Source: an uncultured Alphaproteobacteria bacterium (GTDB taxonomy: Bacteria; Pseudomonadota; Alphaproteobacteria; Rs-D84). Taken from it: a DNA stretch of 64,000 nt. Below are positions 49,654 to 59,798 of the stretch, piece after piece. Location: NCBI GenBank assembly GCA_949878575.1, contig CATLAX010000002.1, positions 65,378 through 129,377 on the forward strand, written 5' to 3'. The notes beneath the pieces were generated by a model. That model was not told the origin of the DNA. It saw only the letters and a list, made by a program, of their open reading frames with translations, and ran no database searches. Position 1 is the first letter of the stretch. The number at the start of each line of letters is the position of its first letter. A program made the position numbers and the translations under genes.

Positions 49654-50422
49654 ACGGTTTTGACTTAAAGTTCATGCGGGCATCAGACACATTCTTTGCC
49701 TGGTCCGTGGCATTGCGACCCGCATCAACCAGTTCCAGCGCACCATAATAAGCCGTCATCACAGGATCGTATGCGTTTGTCGTTGTTATCCATTTGTCTG
49801 TTCCGGAATTCGGCGCACCGTATTTGTCCAACACATTCTGCCAAAATGCCAGAATTTTCTTTTGCCGCTGATTTTCAAACTTTTCCGCGTCGCCTTCCAT
49901 ATCGTCAACATCGTTGTTGTAAACCACGCGCCAAACCACGTTATCCGTGGCGTTGCTGGTAAAATACACGGCGATTGTTTCCCCGGTGCCGGCACGTTCC
50001 AGATGCAACTCTGACGCGTACATCAGTCCGCGGCTTTGCGCCATGGAACGAATACAGTTTTCAAGCTCTGACGGGACAAAAATATTCTGCTGGCGGCATT
50101 CATAGTCCAGGTTGTATTTCCACTCAGGATTTATTGTGTATATGATGCTGTCCTTACGGGTCGGGGCATACAGTCCGCCGCCCTTAAACTGGCTGTAAAC
50201 ATCATCAAAACTCATTCCCAGCATTATACCAGCAATATCAAAGTTGGCAACAGATGCGCCGGCGGCATCCGCGTTCATGTACACCGGCGCGGCCGTTATA
50301 TCGGCGGCCGGCGCGTCATCTTCTATGGCATAAGACAAAAACGCATCATCATCCGCCGCACGCGCGGGGGTGCAAACGCATACGAACGAGCATAACATCA
50401 CCAGGAACACACTCTTTTTCAT
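49643..50422 (-). CDS. Secreted hypothetical protein (4th gene of envelope operon)
   Basis: Signal peptide MKKSVFLVMLCSFVCVCTPARA from the internal Met at 50422. Overlaps the upstream gene stop (ATGA). Confidence 0.5.
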   Translation of the reverse strand: MKKSVFLVMLCSFVCVCTPARAADDDAFLSYAIEDDAPAADITAAPVYMNADAAGASVANFDIAGIMLGMSFDDVYSQFKGGGLYAPTRKDSIIYTINPEWKYNLDYECRQQNIFVPSELENCIRSMAQSRGLMYASELHLERAGTGETIAVYFTSNATDNVVWRVVYNNDVDDMEGDAEKFENQRQKKILAFWQNVLDKYGAPNSGTDKWITTTNAYDPVMTAYYGALELVDAGRNATDQAKNVSDARMNFKSKPYAF

Positions 50423-51078
50423 GCGCCGATCCTTTGCTTTGTATCTATGTCTATGTACGTAACGCCAAATCTGAATATGGCGGCAGGTTCGCGCCCCTCG
50501 TCCAGCCATGACGCAATATTCATATTTTCACGAAAATCCATAATATACGTATCCTCTATCCCTATATGCAGCTCAAGCCGGGTTATAACCGGAATCTGTG
50601 CCATGTCATTGGAGCGCGGCCATGTGACAAGCTCGCATATAACAGTCCAGTAATCACTGCCCTTTGGCTTAAAAATATCTCCGATAACACGCGCGACGCG
50701 AAACGCCTTGTCCCCGGCCAGCTTTTGTATTTCAAGTCCTTCGCCGGCGCGCCAGTCGTTAAAGACCTTTGCTGTTGACATCATGTCCAGGGGGGAGTCG
50801 CTCTTCATGCGTTCTTCAACATCTTTGTCGTCGGGTATGATATAAAAGTATTCCGAAATATAACGCTGAACCAACAGCTGGCGCATCTTTGCCTCGCCCA
50901 GTTCGGCAATAGTCTGCGGAACGCCCAAACGCTGGCTTGACAGATTATTCGGTTGAAAAAAATAGCTTTCTATCCTGATCTGGCGAGATGTGTCAAATAT
51001 GGCACCAGACACAGCCATGGCCCCAAATGCAATCACCAACAGCAACAATCCTGCAAAAAAACCTATCAATTTCCTCAT
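50419..51078 (-). CDS. Bitopic membrane protein, hypothetical (3rd gene of envelope operon)
   Basis: 219 aa with a single N-terminal TM and a roughly 190-aa periplasmic domain. The start overlaps the upstream stop. Confidence 0.5.
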   Translation of the reverse strand: MRKLIGFFAGLLLLVIAFGAMAVSGAIFDTSRQIRIESYFFQPNNLSSQRLGVPQTIAELGEAKMRQLLVQRYISEYFYIIPDDKDVEERMKSDSPLDMMSTAKVFNDWRAGEGLEIQKLAGDKAFRVARVIGDIFKPKGSDYWTVICELVTWPRSNDMAQIPVITRLELHIGIEDTYIMDFRENMNIASWLDEGREPAAIFRFGVTYIDIDTKQRIGA

Positions 51079-51794
51079 AAGCTTATTCTGTAAGAGTTAA
51101 AATCCTCAACATAATATCCCATGGTCATCGGATACCGGTCCACCGCACGCGCAACGCGCACAAACGCAACTATCTCAAACACGGAATTTATGTTTGACCA
51201 TACGGATGCACGGATACGCCAAATTCCACCGCCCGCCTCTGTTTCCCCGATATGCGACGCCTGAATTGAATCCGCCATCACACCCCACGTTTCCCCGGCC
51301 ATGGCACGTGATTTGTAAACGGGGACGACATCGGTTGTAAACACCTTAAACAATTTATCCCCGGCCATGCATGAAATTGCGCAATCACGCCCCCCATACG
51401 CCAGAGATTCCGCCCCGGTACATTCGGCAACCGGACACTGGCGCCACACTTTGCCGTTAACAGACGCGTCATCCGATATTGAAAACCAGTTCTGTGTAAA
51501 GTTTACCGCAACCGATTCCTGCATGGTTTGTGTTACAGGATAGGATTTGTCAGTGGTGGTATTACGGCCGACAACAGACCAAACGCCCGTAATATCGTCA
51601 ACAGATATTAAAAAAGGTTCCAGGCGCATGGAACGCGCACCCCACAGAACCAATCCGCACATGCAGGAAACCAAAAAAAACACTGATAAAATTCCAATGC
51701 CAACAACACGGGAAACGGCTATGCGCTTTCCCGCCGGGAATGCAGGCGTATCAAAATTCCCCGGATATTCCAACGGCGTCCCCCCCACAGGCAA
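51075..51794 (-). CDS. Bitopic membrane protein, hypothetical (2nd gene of envelope operon)
   Basis: 239 aa with a short cytoplasmic N-terminus, one TM and a Cys-rich periplasmic domain. Confidence 0.5.
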   Translation of the reverse strand: MPVGGTPLEYPGNFDTPAFPAGKRIAVSRVVGIGILSVFFLVSCMCGLVLWGARSMRLEPFLISVDDITGVWSVVGRNTTTDKSYPVTQTMQESVAVNFTQNWFSISDDASVNGKVWRQCPVAECTGAESLAYGGRDCAISCMAGDKLFKVFTTDVVPVYKSRAMAGETWGVMADSIQASHIGETEAGGGIWRIRASVWSNINSVFEIVAFVRVARAVDRYPMTMGYYVEDFNSYRISL

Positions 51795-51804
51795 GAACCG
51801 AACA

Positions 51805-51951
51805 TTATGCCTGATATACCATTATACAGGCACAAGGGCTTAATTTCAGTTCATTATTATCATAGCCGACACCAACAGGTTCACGGTCATAAACCTGACC
51901 GCATCCGGCCAATGCAACAGCAATAAATAAACCCAGTAACAGCTTTTTCAT
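51805..51951 (-). CDS. Small lipoprotein (48 aa), first gene of envelope operon
   Basis: Hand-translated as MKKLLLGLFIAVALAGCGQVYDRE... with lipobox LAGC. Its stop lies 10 nt upstream of the next start. Confidence 0.35.
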   Translation of the reverse strand: MKKLLLGLFIAVALAGCGQVYDREPVGVGYDNNELKLSPCACIMVYQA

Positions 51952-52021
51952 CCTTAACCCCTTACCTATTTTGTTTCAGTATATGAAATTTCCCGCATAA
52001 CAGTCAAGGCCAAAAGAATCC

Positions 52022-53008
52022 TTGGAAACAAATAATTTGACAAAACACAAACTAAGGTTAACATATGGCGAAGAAAAAGTGGAACCAGTCATGACAGATG
52101 AAAAAAATGAAAATATAACAAAGCGTTATTTTGATAATTTTCAACAGCTAAAAGACAAAAACAACCGTCCGCTGACAAATGTATACTGGTCAAAGACGCC
52201 GGTTGATTTCCCGTCGTATGGCAGCATATATTTAATCCACGGATACGGTGGCAGCCCGGTTGAACCATGCATGAAGCTGCCAATGCAGTATGCGATACAA
52301 ACCGGATTTGATGTCGTCGCCATAGAAGGCGTGGATTTGTCCGCAACCGCCACAGAACCAAAAAATATAGAAGAAATGACCCTGGAACGTCAAAAGCAGG
52401 CGTTGCTGGCCGGCATTGAATTCTGCAAAACACTGGATGACATAAACACATCAAACAAAATTGCATGGGTTCATTCAATATCATGCAGGGCCCTGGCGGA
52501 CTTAACGGTGGAATCACCCAATGTGCGCGATTATTTCAACGAGGTTGTATTAAATAACCCTTATTTTCTGGCACCGCCAAAGGTACAGAAACTGCATGAA
52601 AAAATGATGCAGAAAGACCCATCCGGCGCAACATGGACCGCGCTGACAAAAAAATCGGCAACAATGTTGCGCGAAATTGAACGACATACGTTTAAAATAC
52701 CAACGTGCGTTTACAATTTGTGCATTCCGTTGCCGCCGGCATTAAGTAAACTGACAACAAACTATGCGAATTTAGTGCGCATGATGTCCCATTTCGTGTA
52801 TCGCGTGCATATGTTCTTTATACTGGGTACGGACGACAATATGGCCGATTATAACCAAAACCGACAGCTGTTCAATTATTTGAATGTGCCGCACAAACAG
52901 TTGGTATCCATAAACGGCGCCAACCATTCGTTTGAAAACGCAACCAGCCAGTATGCCGAATTTGCCCGGCAAATAATCAACGGCATGAAAATGCATCGCA
53001 CCAGATAA
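52022..53008 (+). CDS. Alpha/beta hydrolase fold protein (hypothetical esterase/lipase-like)
   Basis: IYLIHGYGGS oxyanion region and AWVHSIS nucleophile-elbow-like motif. AT-rich N-terminus, no signal peptide. Confidence 0.55.
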   Translation: METNNLTKHKLRLTYGEEKVEPVMTDEKNENITKRYFDNFQQLKDKNNRPLTNVYWSKTPVDFPSYGSIYLIHGYGGSPVEPCMKLPMQYAIQTGFDVVAIEGVDLSATATEPKNIEEMTLERQKQALLAGIEFCKTLDDINTSNKIAWVHSISCRALADLTVESPNVRDYFNEVVLNNPYFLAPPKVQKLHEKMMQKDPSGATWTALTKKSATMLREIERHTFKIPTCVYNLCIPLPPALSKLTTNYANLVRMMSHFVYRVHMFFILGTDDNMADYNQNRQLFNYLNVPHKQLVSINGANHSFENATSQYAEFARQIINGMKMHRTR

Positions 53009-53026
53009 CGGCGACACGACAACATA

Positions 53027-53057
53027 CAAAAAAACGGGGCGTCGCCCCGTTTTTTGC
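53027..53057. terminator. Bidirectional rho-independent terminator
   Basis: Hairpin aacggggc-gtc-gccccgtt with flanking A/T runs. Confidence 0.6.
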
Positions 53058-53061
53058 AGCC

Positions 53062-55350
53062 TTAGAACTGGGTCTCAAATGACAACAGGAATCGCTGTTC
53101 GCGGTCGTACTTGTTCATTTTCAACGGCCAGCCCCAGCTGAAATTCATCGGCCCCATGGGGGTGTTCCAGTAAATACCCACACCATACGACGTACGAATA
53201 TCGTCATCAATATGATTTGCATATTCCGGAGAATGCATATTTTGAGGATAATAGTTTTCGGCCTTTGGCGGCTTGCCCAAGACACCGTAATCCATAAACA
53301 CAAAGCCCTTTACCTGGTATTCATCCGGAATAAATATGGGGAAATTCAACTGCGTTGAACCGTTAACCTTCCACATGCCGCCCAAAGAATATGTATGATA
53401 TGCCCAGTTTCTGCTGCCGACACCCGCAACATCAAAACCGCGCAGCGTTTCACCACCCAGGAAATAACGGTAAACACGCGATATGTAATCCCCGTCCAGC
53501 GGCTGAATCAGGCCGAAATCAAGACTGGAACGCAGCTGCCAGCGGTCGGAAAAGAACTTTACCATGCCTGTAATGTCCGCACTGTATCTCATAAACGTTT
53601 CTGTTCCGCCAAAACCCGTGTACGCAATGCCGAGATTTCCAACAACGCCCGTATGGGTGTTTTGCTGGAAATTCGTGTCCAAATTATGATAACGGAAATT
53701 CGTCCCAAGCGTATACAGGTTCGCATCATGCCACCCCGACAGCTGAATGTCATAGTTCTGGTCAAATGATGCCGACAGGCGCAATGTCTGGAACCAGTGA
53801 TCCGTCAATTTCCATCCCATGCGTCCGGTTACCGCAAACGAGTCGCGGTCATACCCCAACGACCCCAGCGACGAATAATTATACATTGTATACGACACAT
53901 CAAATCCCGCCGACAGCGCGCGTCCGAACAAGTACGGCTCCGTAAAGCTAAACAACGCCTGCTTTTGATATTCCGCCAAAGATCCGCGCAACTGCACAAC
54001 CTGGCCGCGGCCCATGAAATTGCTTTCCGTGATGCCAGCGTCAACCATAAAACCGTTTATGTTAGACCACCCAAAACCACCGGAGAGCTCACCGGTGGGC
54101 TGTTCTTCAACCTTGACATCCAGGTTCATCATGTTGGCGTCCGCAACACGGCTGGGCACCATTTGAACGTCTTTGAAATAACGGGTGCGCATCAAGTTCT
54201 GGCGGCCGGTTTCAATATCCTGTAATGAAAACGGGTCACCGGCACGCATCGGTAGCGATTGTTCTATCACGCTGTCAAACGTACGGACATTGCCCAAAAT
54301 ATTAATGGAGTTAAGATAGATTCTGTTGGTCTTTTCTATCTTGAAATTCATGTCAATGGTACGCGTGTCGTCATGCTTTTCCGGTATGGGTTCCACCGTG
54401 ATAAAGGCATAGCCGTGTTCGGCCACAACCCCGCGCAGTGCCGTTATGGTTTCTTCAACCTTGTCAATATTATAAACCTGGCGCTTGGAAATTTTTAACG
54501 CACGGCGCAATTCCTCATCCGGCACATCCGGGAACGGATTGTCAATGGTGACCGTGCCGATTTTATACTGCGGCCCTTCGTCAACGACGAATGTAACGGA
54601 ATAATATTCGCGGTCGGGCGTAAAGACGCCGTTCGCGCTTTTTACCTGAAAATCAACATAGCCGTTGCGCAGATAAAACTGGCGCAGCATTTGCTGATCA
54701 TACAGAATGCGGTCTTCGTCAAACACGTCAAACTGGGTCATAAAACGCCACCATGCATGTTCGCGCGACAGAATTTCACCACGCAGAACCTTGGACCGGA
54801 ATTTTTTATTCCCCTCAAACTTAATGTCGCGGATATATGTCGGATGCCCCTCTGTTATTTCGTAAACAATATTTACACGGTTGTCGTCCAGATCTATCTT
54901 TTTCGGATTAATCTTTGTGCCGAAATAACCCTTGCGCTGATACAGGGTCAGCATGCGTTGAACATCGCCGCCGATTACCGCCTCGTCATAAGAAGTGCGC
55001 TCTTTGGTACGAACCTCTTTCTTTAAATCGTCAACCGATATCTCGTCGTTGCCTTCAACCGTTACCTGATTTACAATCGGCGCCTCTGTAATATCAATTT
55101 TTAAAACGTCACCCGACATGCGAACGTTTATTTTGGAAAAATATCCGCTTTCACGCAGCTTTTTTGCAATTTGATTCGCACGCTCGGACGTTATGTTTTC
55201 ACCAACCTTAACATCTGCCAAAATACGCACGGATTCCGCATCCATACGGCGGTTGCCGGAAACATCAACACGCCGCACGTTTGCCGCACCCGCCGGCAGT
55301 GCCACCGCCGCAATCATTGTTGTTATAAACAGTTTTTTCTTTGTATTCAT
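53062..55350 (-). CDS. bamA: Outer membrane protein assembly factor BamA (Omp85)
   Basis: Signal peptide, five POTRA-like repeats, and a C-terminal 16-strand barrel ending ...SFETQF. Genomic context rseP-bamA. Confidence 0.9.
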   Translation of the reverse strand: MNTKKKLFITTMIAAVALPAGAANVRRVDVSGNRRMDAESVRILADVKVGENITSERANQIAKKLRESGYFSKINVRMSGDVLKIDITEAPIVNQVTVEGNDEISVDDLKKEVRTKERTSYDEAVIGGDVQRMLTLYQRKGYFGTKINPKKIDLDDNRVNIVYEITEGHPTYIRDIKFEGNKKFRSKVLRGEILSREHAWWRFMTQFDVFDEDRILYDQQMLRQFYLRNGYVDFQVKSANGVFTPDREYYSVTFVVDEGPQYKIGTVTIDNPFPDVPDEELRRALKISKRQVYNIDKVEETITALRGVVAEHGYAFITVEPIPEKHDDTRTIDMNFKIEKTNRIYLNSINILGNVRTFDSVIEQSLPMRAGDPFSLQDIETGRQNLMRTRYFKDVQMVPSRVADANMMNLDVKVEEQPTGELSGGFGWSNINGFMVDAGITESNFMGRGQVVQLRGSLAEYQKQALFSFTEPYLFGRALSAGFDVSYTMYNYSSLGSLGYDRDSFAVTGRMGWKLTDHWFQTLRLSASFDQNYDIQLSGWHDANLYTLGTNFRYHNLDTNFQQNTHTGVVGNLGIAYTGFGGTETFMRYSADITGMVKFFSDRWQLRSSLDFGLIQPLDGDYISRVYRYFLGGETLRGFDVAGVGSRNWAYHTYSLGGMWKVNGSTQLNFPIFIPDEYQVKGFVFMDYGVLGKPPKAENYYPQNMHSPEYANHIDDDIRTSYGVGIYWNTPMGPMNFSWGWPLKMNKYDREQRFLLSFETQF

Positions 55351-55351
55351 C

Positions 55352-56410
55352 TTAATTCAATCCAAATACACGCGCCAGGTCGTTCCACATTGTTAATATA
55401 AACAGCCCGAATATCAAGACCCAGCCTGCAACAATCGCTATTTCCATGCCGCGGCCGCCCAGTTTACGGCGCGTCACAGCCTCTATTAGTAATATCAGCA
55501 AATATCCGCCGTCCAACACCGGCAACGGCAACAGGTTGATAACCCCCAGATTTACCGACAGCAGTGCAATTATGGACAACAGCGCAAAGAATCCCATTGC
55601 CATGGCCTGGCCGGAAACCTCTGCTATTGTAATAAACGACCCCAGCTGTTTTGATGAGCGTTCGCCGGTTACAATCTGTTTTAGCACAACCAGTAATGTT
55701 TTGGACTGGTGATACGTTTCACGAGCACCGGAATACAGCGCGCCAAAGAAACCTTTCTTGCGAAATTCGGTCTTGCTGCCGTCTGCAATAAGCCCCCAGC
55801 GTTCGGCCGGTGCCAGCTTTACCTGAACCAGACTGTCGCCGCGAACCAGCAATACGTTTGCATCGCGGTTTGATGCAATTTCCTTTGCTATTATCAATTC
55901 GCCCCAGTTTGTAATTTTTTCATCGTCTATGCGGATTATGACATCACCCGGCTTTACCCCGGAATTAAACGCGACAGATTCCTGTATCACCTGCCCCACA
56001 ACCGGCAACTGCACCGTTTTGGGCTGAAACATGAACAATGCAGAGTAAATTATCCAGGCCAAAATAAAGTTCATGGTGACACCGGCCGCGATGATTATAA
56101 ACTGCTTCCATGCTGGGGCGGACAGATAATGGCCTTTTTTCCTGGCCGCACTTAACTCCTGATACTTTTTACGGTTGAACATGTCCTCTTGCCCATAGAT
56201 GGACACGTACCCCCCCAGTGGCAGGCAGGCCAGTTTCCATGTCGTGCCGCGACGGTCATGCCATTTTAAAATAGCCGGCCCAAAACCGATTGAAAACGTA
56301 TCAACGCGAACACCGGCCCAACGCGCAGCCAGAAAATGTCCCAGTTCATGCACAAAAACCACTACGCCCAAAACAATCAACAGCGCGACAATGGTCAATA
56401 AAGTATGCAT
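55352..56410 (-). CDS. rseP: RIP metalloprotease RseP (site-2 protease)
   Basis: HELGHFLAAR (HExxH) in TM1, a PDZ domain and a C-terminal LDG motif. Confidence 0.85.
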   Translation of the reverse strand: MHTLLTIVALLIVLGVVVFVHELGHFLAARWAGVRVDTFSIGFGPAILKWHDRRGTTWKLACLPLGGYVSIYGQEDMFNRKKYQELSAARKKGHYLSAPAWKQFIIIAAGVTMNFILAWIIYSALFMFQPKTVQLPVVGQVIQESVAFNSGVKPGDVIIRIDDEKITNWGELIIAKEIASNRDANVLLVRGDSLVQVKLAPAERWGLIADGSKTEFRKKGFFGALYSGARETYHQSKTLLVVLKQIVTGERSSKQLGSFITIAEVSGQAMAMGFFALLSIIALLSVNLGVINLLPLPVLDGGYLLILLIEAVTRRKLGGRGMEIAIVAGWVLIFGLFILTMWNDLARVFGLN

Positions 56411-56440
56411 TTTTTACCCTTTCCTTACCTTTTTTCAAGT

Positions 56441-57088
56441 TTATATCATTACCATCCAGATTATAGGCAGAACATAAATCCAACCGTCAAAACGATCAAT
56501 TAAACCGCCATGCCCCGGCAATGTTTTGCCAAAATCTTTTACACCCATGCGGCGCTTAATCCAACTGGCCGTCAGATCGCCGTATTGCGACAATAACGCA
56601 ACACTAATCCCTATCCACATCAGTTGCGGCATAAATGTATCCGTACCCAGCAGACCGTACATTACGGCCATCGCCGTGCCGCATAAAATACCCGCTATCT
56701 GGCCCGACCATGTTTTGCCAGCGGACAAACGTTCCCACATTTTATCCCCGCCCAGCAAACGGCCAAAGAACCACGCGCCAATATCCGCCGCCGATATAAT
56801 CAGCAACAGCAACAGCATAATCCACGGCCGCGCACCGACAAAATACGCCGCCGCCAACATTAGCGCCAGCCACGCCAGAAAACCGGCGCAAACAATTACA
56901 TTACCCCCGGTCGCCAGTGCCGCACGGTTACGCGACATCATGGCAATCATTTCAACTATCATGGCCGCAACCAGCGCCACCCCGAGCCACCGCACCGCCG
57001 GAAACCCAAAATATTCACCCGCCGCCGCCGCCGCCGCAATTAGCGCCAAAACACCGCCGACAATGACACGCTGCATAGTATTTGACAT
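56441..57088 (-). CDS. cdsA: Phosphatidate cytidylyltransferase CdsA (short form)
   Basis: 215 aa polytopic protein with a C-terminal CTP-transferase signature region (GHGGLIDRFDG). Confidence 0.75.
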   Translation of the reverse strand: MSNTMQRVIVGGVLALIAAAAAAGEYFGFPAVRWLGVALVAAMIVEMIAMMSRNRAALATGGNVIVCAGFLAWLALMLAAAYFVGARPWIMLLLLLIISAADIGAWFFGRLLGGDKMWERLSAGKTWSGQIAGILCGTAMAVMYGLLGTDTFMPQLMWIGISVALLSQYGDLTASWIKRRMGVKDFGKTLPGHGGLIDRFDGWIYVLPIIWMVMI

Positions 57089-57089
57089 A

Positions 57090-57860
57090 TTATTTCACCT
57101 TTTTGCCACCGGCATAATTTGCCTTTTTCCCGCCGCCAAAACGTCTGTCACGACGCGCGTATTCATCCAAAGTATACTGCCACAGTTTTTCATCACGGAC
57201 CAAATCCGGCCAATGCTGCGGCATGAACAATAATTCCGCATAGGCCAGTTTCCACAACAGAAAGTTTGAAATTCTAAATTCGTTACTGGTACGCACCATT
57301 AAGTCAATAGGCAACAGTTCGCCAGTATCCATATATGTTTCAAACGTTTCCCTGTCCACCGGCGCGCCATCGGCTATCGCGGCGTTAACGGCGTCTATGA
57401 TTTCGGCCTGGCCGCCATAGTTCAAGGCAAAAACAACCGTGCCGCCCGTGTTTTCCGCGGACGCCTCTTCCAGTCGGTCGCACATATCGGCCAACTTTTT
57501 CGGCAGACGTTCACGACTGCCGACAATGCGATAGCGCAGATTCTTTTCCAGCGCATGCTTCATATTTTTCTTTAGTTCTTCATAAAACAGATCCATCAGA
57601 AAATTTACTTCTTCGTCGGACCGGTTCCAGTTTTCTGTTGAAAAAATAAAAAAGGTTACGGTTGAAACACCGCGCGCAATGTACCAGTCAACCAGGTTTT
57701 CAAAATTTGAAATCCCCGCGCGATGCCCCATCAACGGCGGCAACCCGCGATTTTCCGCCCAACGACGGTTACCGTCACAGATAAAGGCAATATGCGCCGG
57801 CACACGCACTGGTACGGCGTTTTGTTGCGGCTGCTTCTTTTTAAATAACTTAAACATCAC
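57090..57860 (-). CDS. uppS: Undecaprenyl diphosphate synthase (isoprenyl transferase)
   Basis: HIAFICDGNRRWA and the cis-prenyltransferase fold. Confidence 0.9.
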   Translation of the reverse strand: MMFKLFKKKQPQQNAVPVRVPAHIAFICDGNRRWAENRGLPPLMGHRAGISNFENLVDWYIARGVSTVTFFIFSTENWNRSDEEVNFLMDLFYEELKKNMKHALEKNLRYRIVGSRERLPKKLADMCDRLEEASAENTGGTVVFALNYGGQAEIIDAVNAAIADGAPVDRETFETYMDTGELLPIDLMVRTSNEFRISNFLLWKLAYAELLFMPQHWPDLVRDEKLWQYTLDEYARRDRRFGGGKKANYAGGKKVK

Positions 57861-57880
57861 AATTCCCGGCGTTAAAATCG

Positions 57881-58441
57881 TTATACTGATAAAATATCCG
57901 CTTCTTTCTGTTTGGCAAGGACGTCCACCTCGCCCCCGCGGCGTTCAAACACCTTTTGCAGGTCGTCTTCGTATTTCCGCTGGTCGTCTTCGGATATTTC
58001 CTTGTCCGTGACGGCGCGCTTTATCTTGCCCATGGCATCCTGGCGAATGTTGCGCATGGAAATCTTGGCCTCTTCGGCGTATTTGCCGGAAACCTTAACC
58101 AGTTCCTTGCGGCGCTCTTCGGTCAGCGGCGGCAGATTCAGGCGAATAACACCGCCCGCCGTCATCGGATTCAGCCCCAGACCGGAATCACGTATCGCTT
58201 TTTCAACAGCGGGGGCGTTTGTAACATCCCACACCGTTACAGACAATGTCTGGGTGTCCGGCGCGGATACGGTTGCAACCTGGTTCAGCGGCATTTCCGA
58301 ACCATATACGGGAACACGCACGCCATCCAACAAATGCACCGATGCACGGCCGGTACGCAATCCTGCGAATTCATTTTTCAAAACTTCTATCGTCTGGGCT
58401 GTTTTTTGTTCAACTTCTGCCTTCAGGGCGGTATAATCCAT
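57881..58441 (-). CDS. frr: Ribosome recycling factor
   Basis: 186 aa. MDYTALKAEVEQKTAQTIEVLKNEFAGLRTGRA is canonical Frr. Confidence 0.9.
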   Translation of the reverse strand: MDYTALKAEVEQKTAQTIEVLKNEFAGLRTGRASVHLLDGVRVPVYGSEMPLNQVATVSAPDTQTLSVTVWDVTNAPAVEKAIRDSGLGLNPMTAGGVIRLNLPPLTEERRKELVKVSGKYAEEAKISMRNIRQDAMGKIKRAVTDKEISEDDQRKYEDDLQKVFERRGGEVDVLAKQKEADILSV

Positions 58442-58522
58442 AATAAAATCTCCTTGTGTTTAAAAATCGTAGCAAATTGATTTGACATTTGGCAAGAAGA
58501 AATATAGAATAAGTGTTCGCAT

Positions 58523-58598
58523 GGGGTTGTAGCTCAGTTGGTAGAGCACTTGCATGGCATGCAAGGGGTCGTCGGTTCGAGTCCGATCAGCTCCACCA
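58523..58598 (+). tRNA. tRNA-Ala (anticodon GGC)
   Basis: GGGGTTGTAGCTCAGTTGGTAGAGC... with a G3:U70 pair, anticodon loop AUGGCAU and T-loop GGTTCGAGTCC. CCA encoded. Confidence 0.85.
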
Positions 58599-58779
58599 AA
58601 ATTTCACTTGCGGCAGGAACATATTTTTTCTTGCATCAAATTGCGATTTGTGATATAGTTCAATACATGAGGTTCGGGATTTTGCCCGAATTTTTTATTG
58701 CCCAAATTCATTAGGATTACGGGCTTTTTTTATATAAAAAAATTTATACCCCAACCCACTATAACCAAAAGGAATATAT

Positions 58780-59745
58780 ATGAGCGACAACAAAGTTGTT
58801 TATCCAAATAATGCCGGCGGCGTTAATACTTTTTATTTTGAGTTCCCTTTCTTTCAGGACAGCGACGTACAAGTATACAAAAACGGAGTACTGTTGGCAT
58901 CATCAGAATATGCGCTGCATAAAAACCAGGGCGGCGCATCCGACGACTATCCCTATATCGGGGGCAGCATAGAGTTTACAAACGCACCAAAGGCAAACGA
59001 CAGAATCACGATTAAGCGCAGGCTGACTCTGCAGCGCACCGTTGATTATCAGCCAACCGCCCAGATTTTACCAACATCTTTGAACCGTGATTTTAATTTC
59101 ATCGTGGAATATATGAAGGAACTGGAAAACATATACAGGGCGGCAATTGATGCCGGCGAAATAGACTGGGATGAAATTACGGCAAATATAACCGACTTAA
59201 ATCAGAGCCTTGGCGAAGCGAATCAGGGTGTTGCCGGATTGAATCAACAGCTGTCGTCCGTCAACAGCCAGATAGACAATTACAAGCTGGCATTTGCCGC
59301 ATTAAAACTGGGCGGGAACAAAATGACCGCATACTGGGACCCAAACTCAAATACAGCAAGATATTCGTATATAACACCATCATATGGCGCGGTGTTAAAC
59401 TCCACCACACCGGCCACGGCCGCCCAGAATATCACCGGCAAGGCCCAGCCAACGGTTGACACCACAACCTGGTACCGCCTGCGCATGGACGGATGGGCGG
59501 AACAAGGCGGCTATAAACAGACCAGCAGTGCGATACAGACAGTCGTATTTCCATTGCCGATGAAAAACACCGACTATAACGTATTCATAAGTGTCAGTGC
59601 GGCGGACAGCCCCCAAATAGAAACAGGGTATTATAAAAACAAAACGGCCACGCAGATGTATCTTAGCAAAGTGTGGCTGAATCAGGGAACCCCCGTCCTG
59701 ACGGGCGGGACCGTATCATGGAAGATACAGGGAATGGCGGCCTGA
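58780..59745 (+). CDS. Phage T7-type tail-fibre N-terminal domain protein (tail fibre-like)
   Basis: The N-terminal GGVNTFYFEFPFFQDSDVQVYKNGVLL...ITIKRRLTLQRTVDYQ...LNRDFNFIVEYMKELEN follows the conserved T7 gp17 N-domain pattern. RBS aaaaggaatatataATG. Confidence 0.55.
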   Translation: MSDNKVVYPNNAGGVNTFYFEFPFFQDSDVQVYKNGVLLASSEYALHKNQGGASDDYPYIGGSIEFTNAPKANDRITIKRRLTLQRTVDYQPTAQILPTSLNRDFNFIVEYMKELENIYRAAIDAGEIDWDEITANITDLNQSLGEANQGVAGLNQQLSSVNSQIDNYKLAFAALKLGGNKMTAYWDPNSNTARYSYITPSYGAVLNSTTPATAAQNITGKAQPTVDTTTWYRLRMDGWAEQGGYKQTSSAIQTVVFPLPMKNTDYNVFISVSAADSPQIETGYYKNKTATQMYLSKVWLNQGTPVLTGGTVSWKIQGMAA

Positions 59746-59798
59746 AACCCGGCGCTATAAAAAACAACGCCATGGGAAACCATGGCGTTGCAGCCCTG

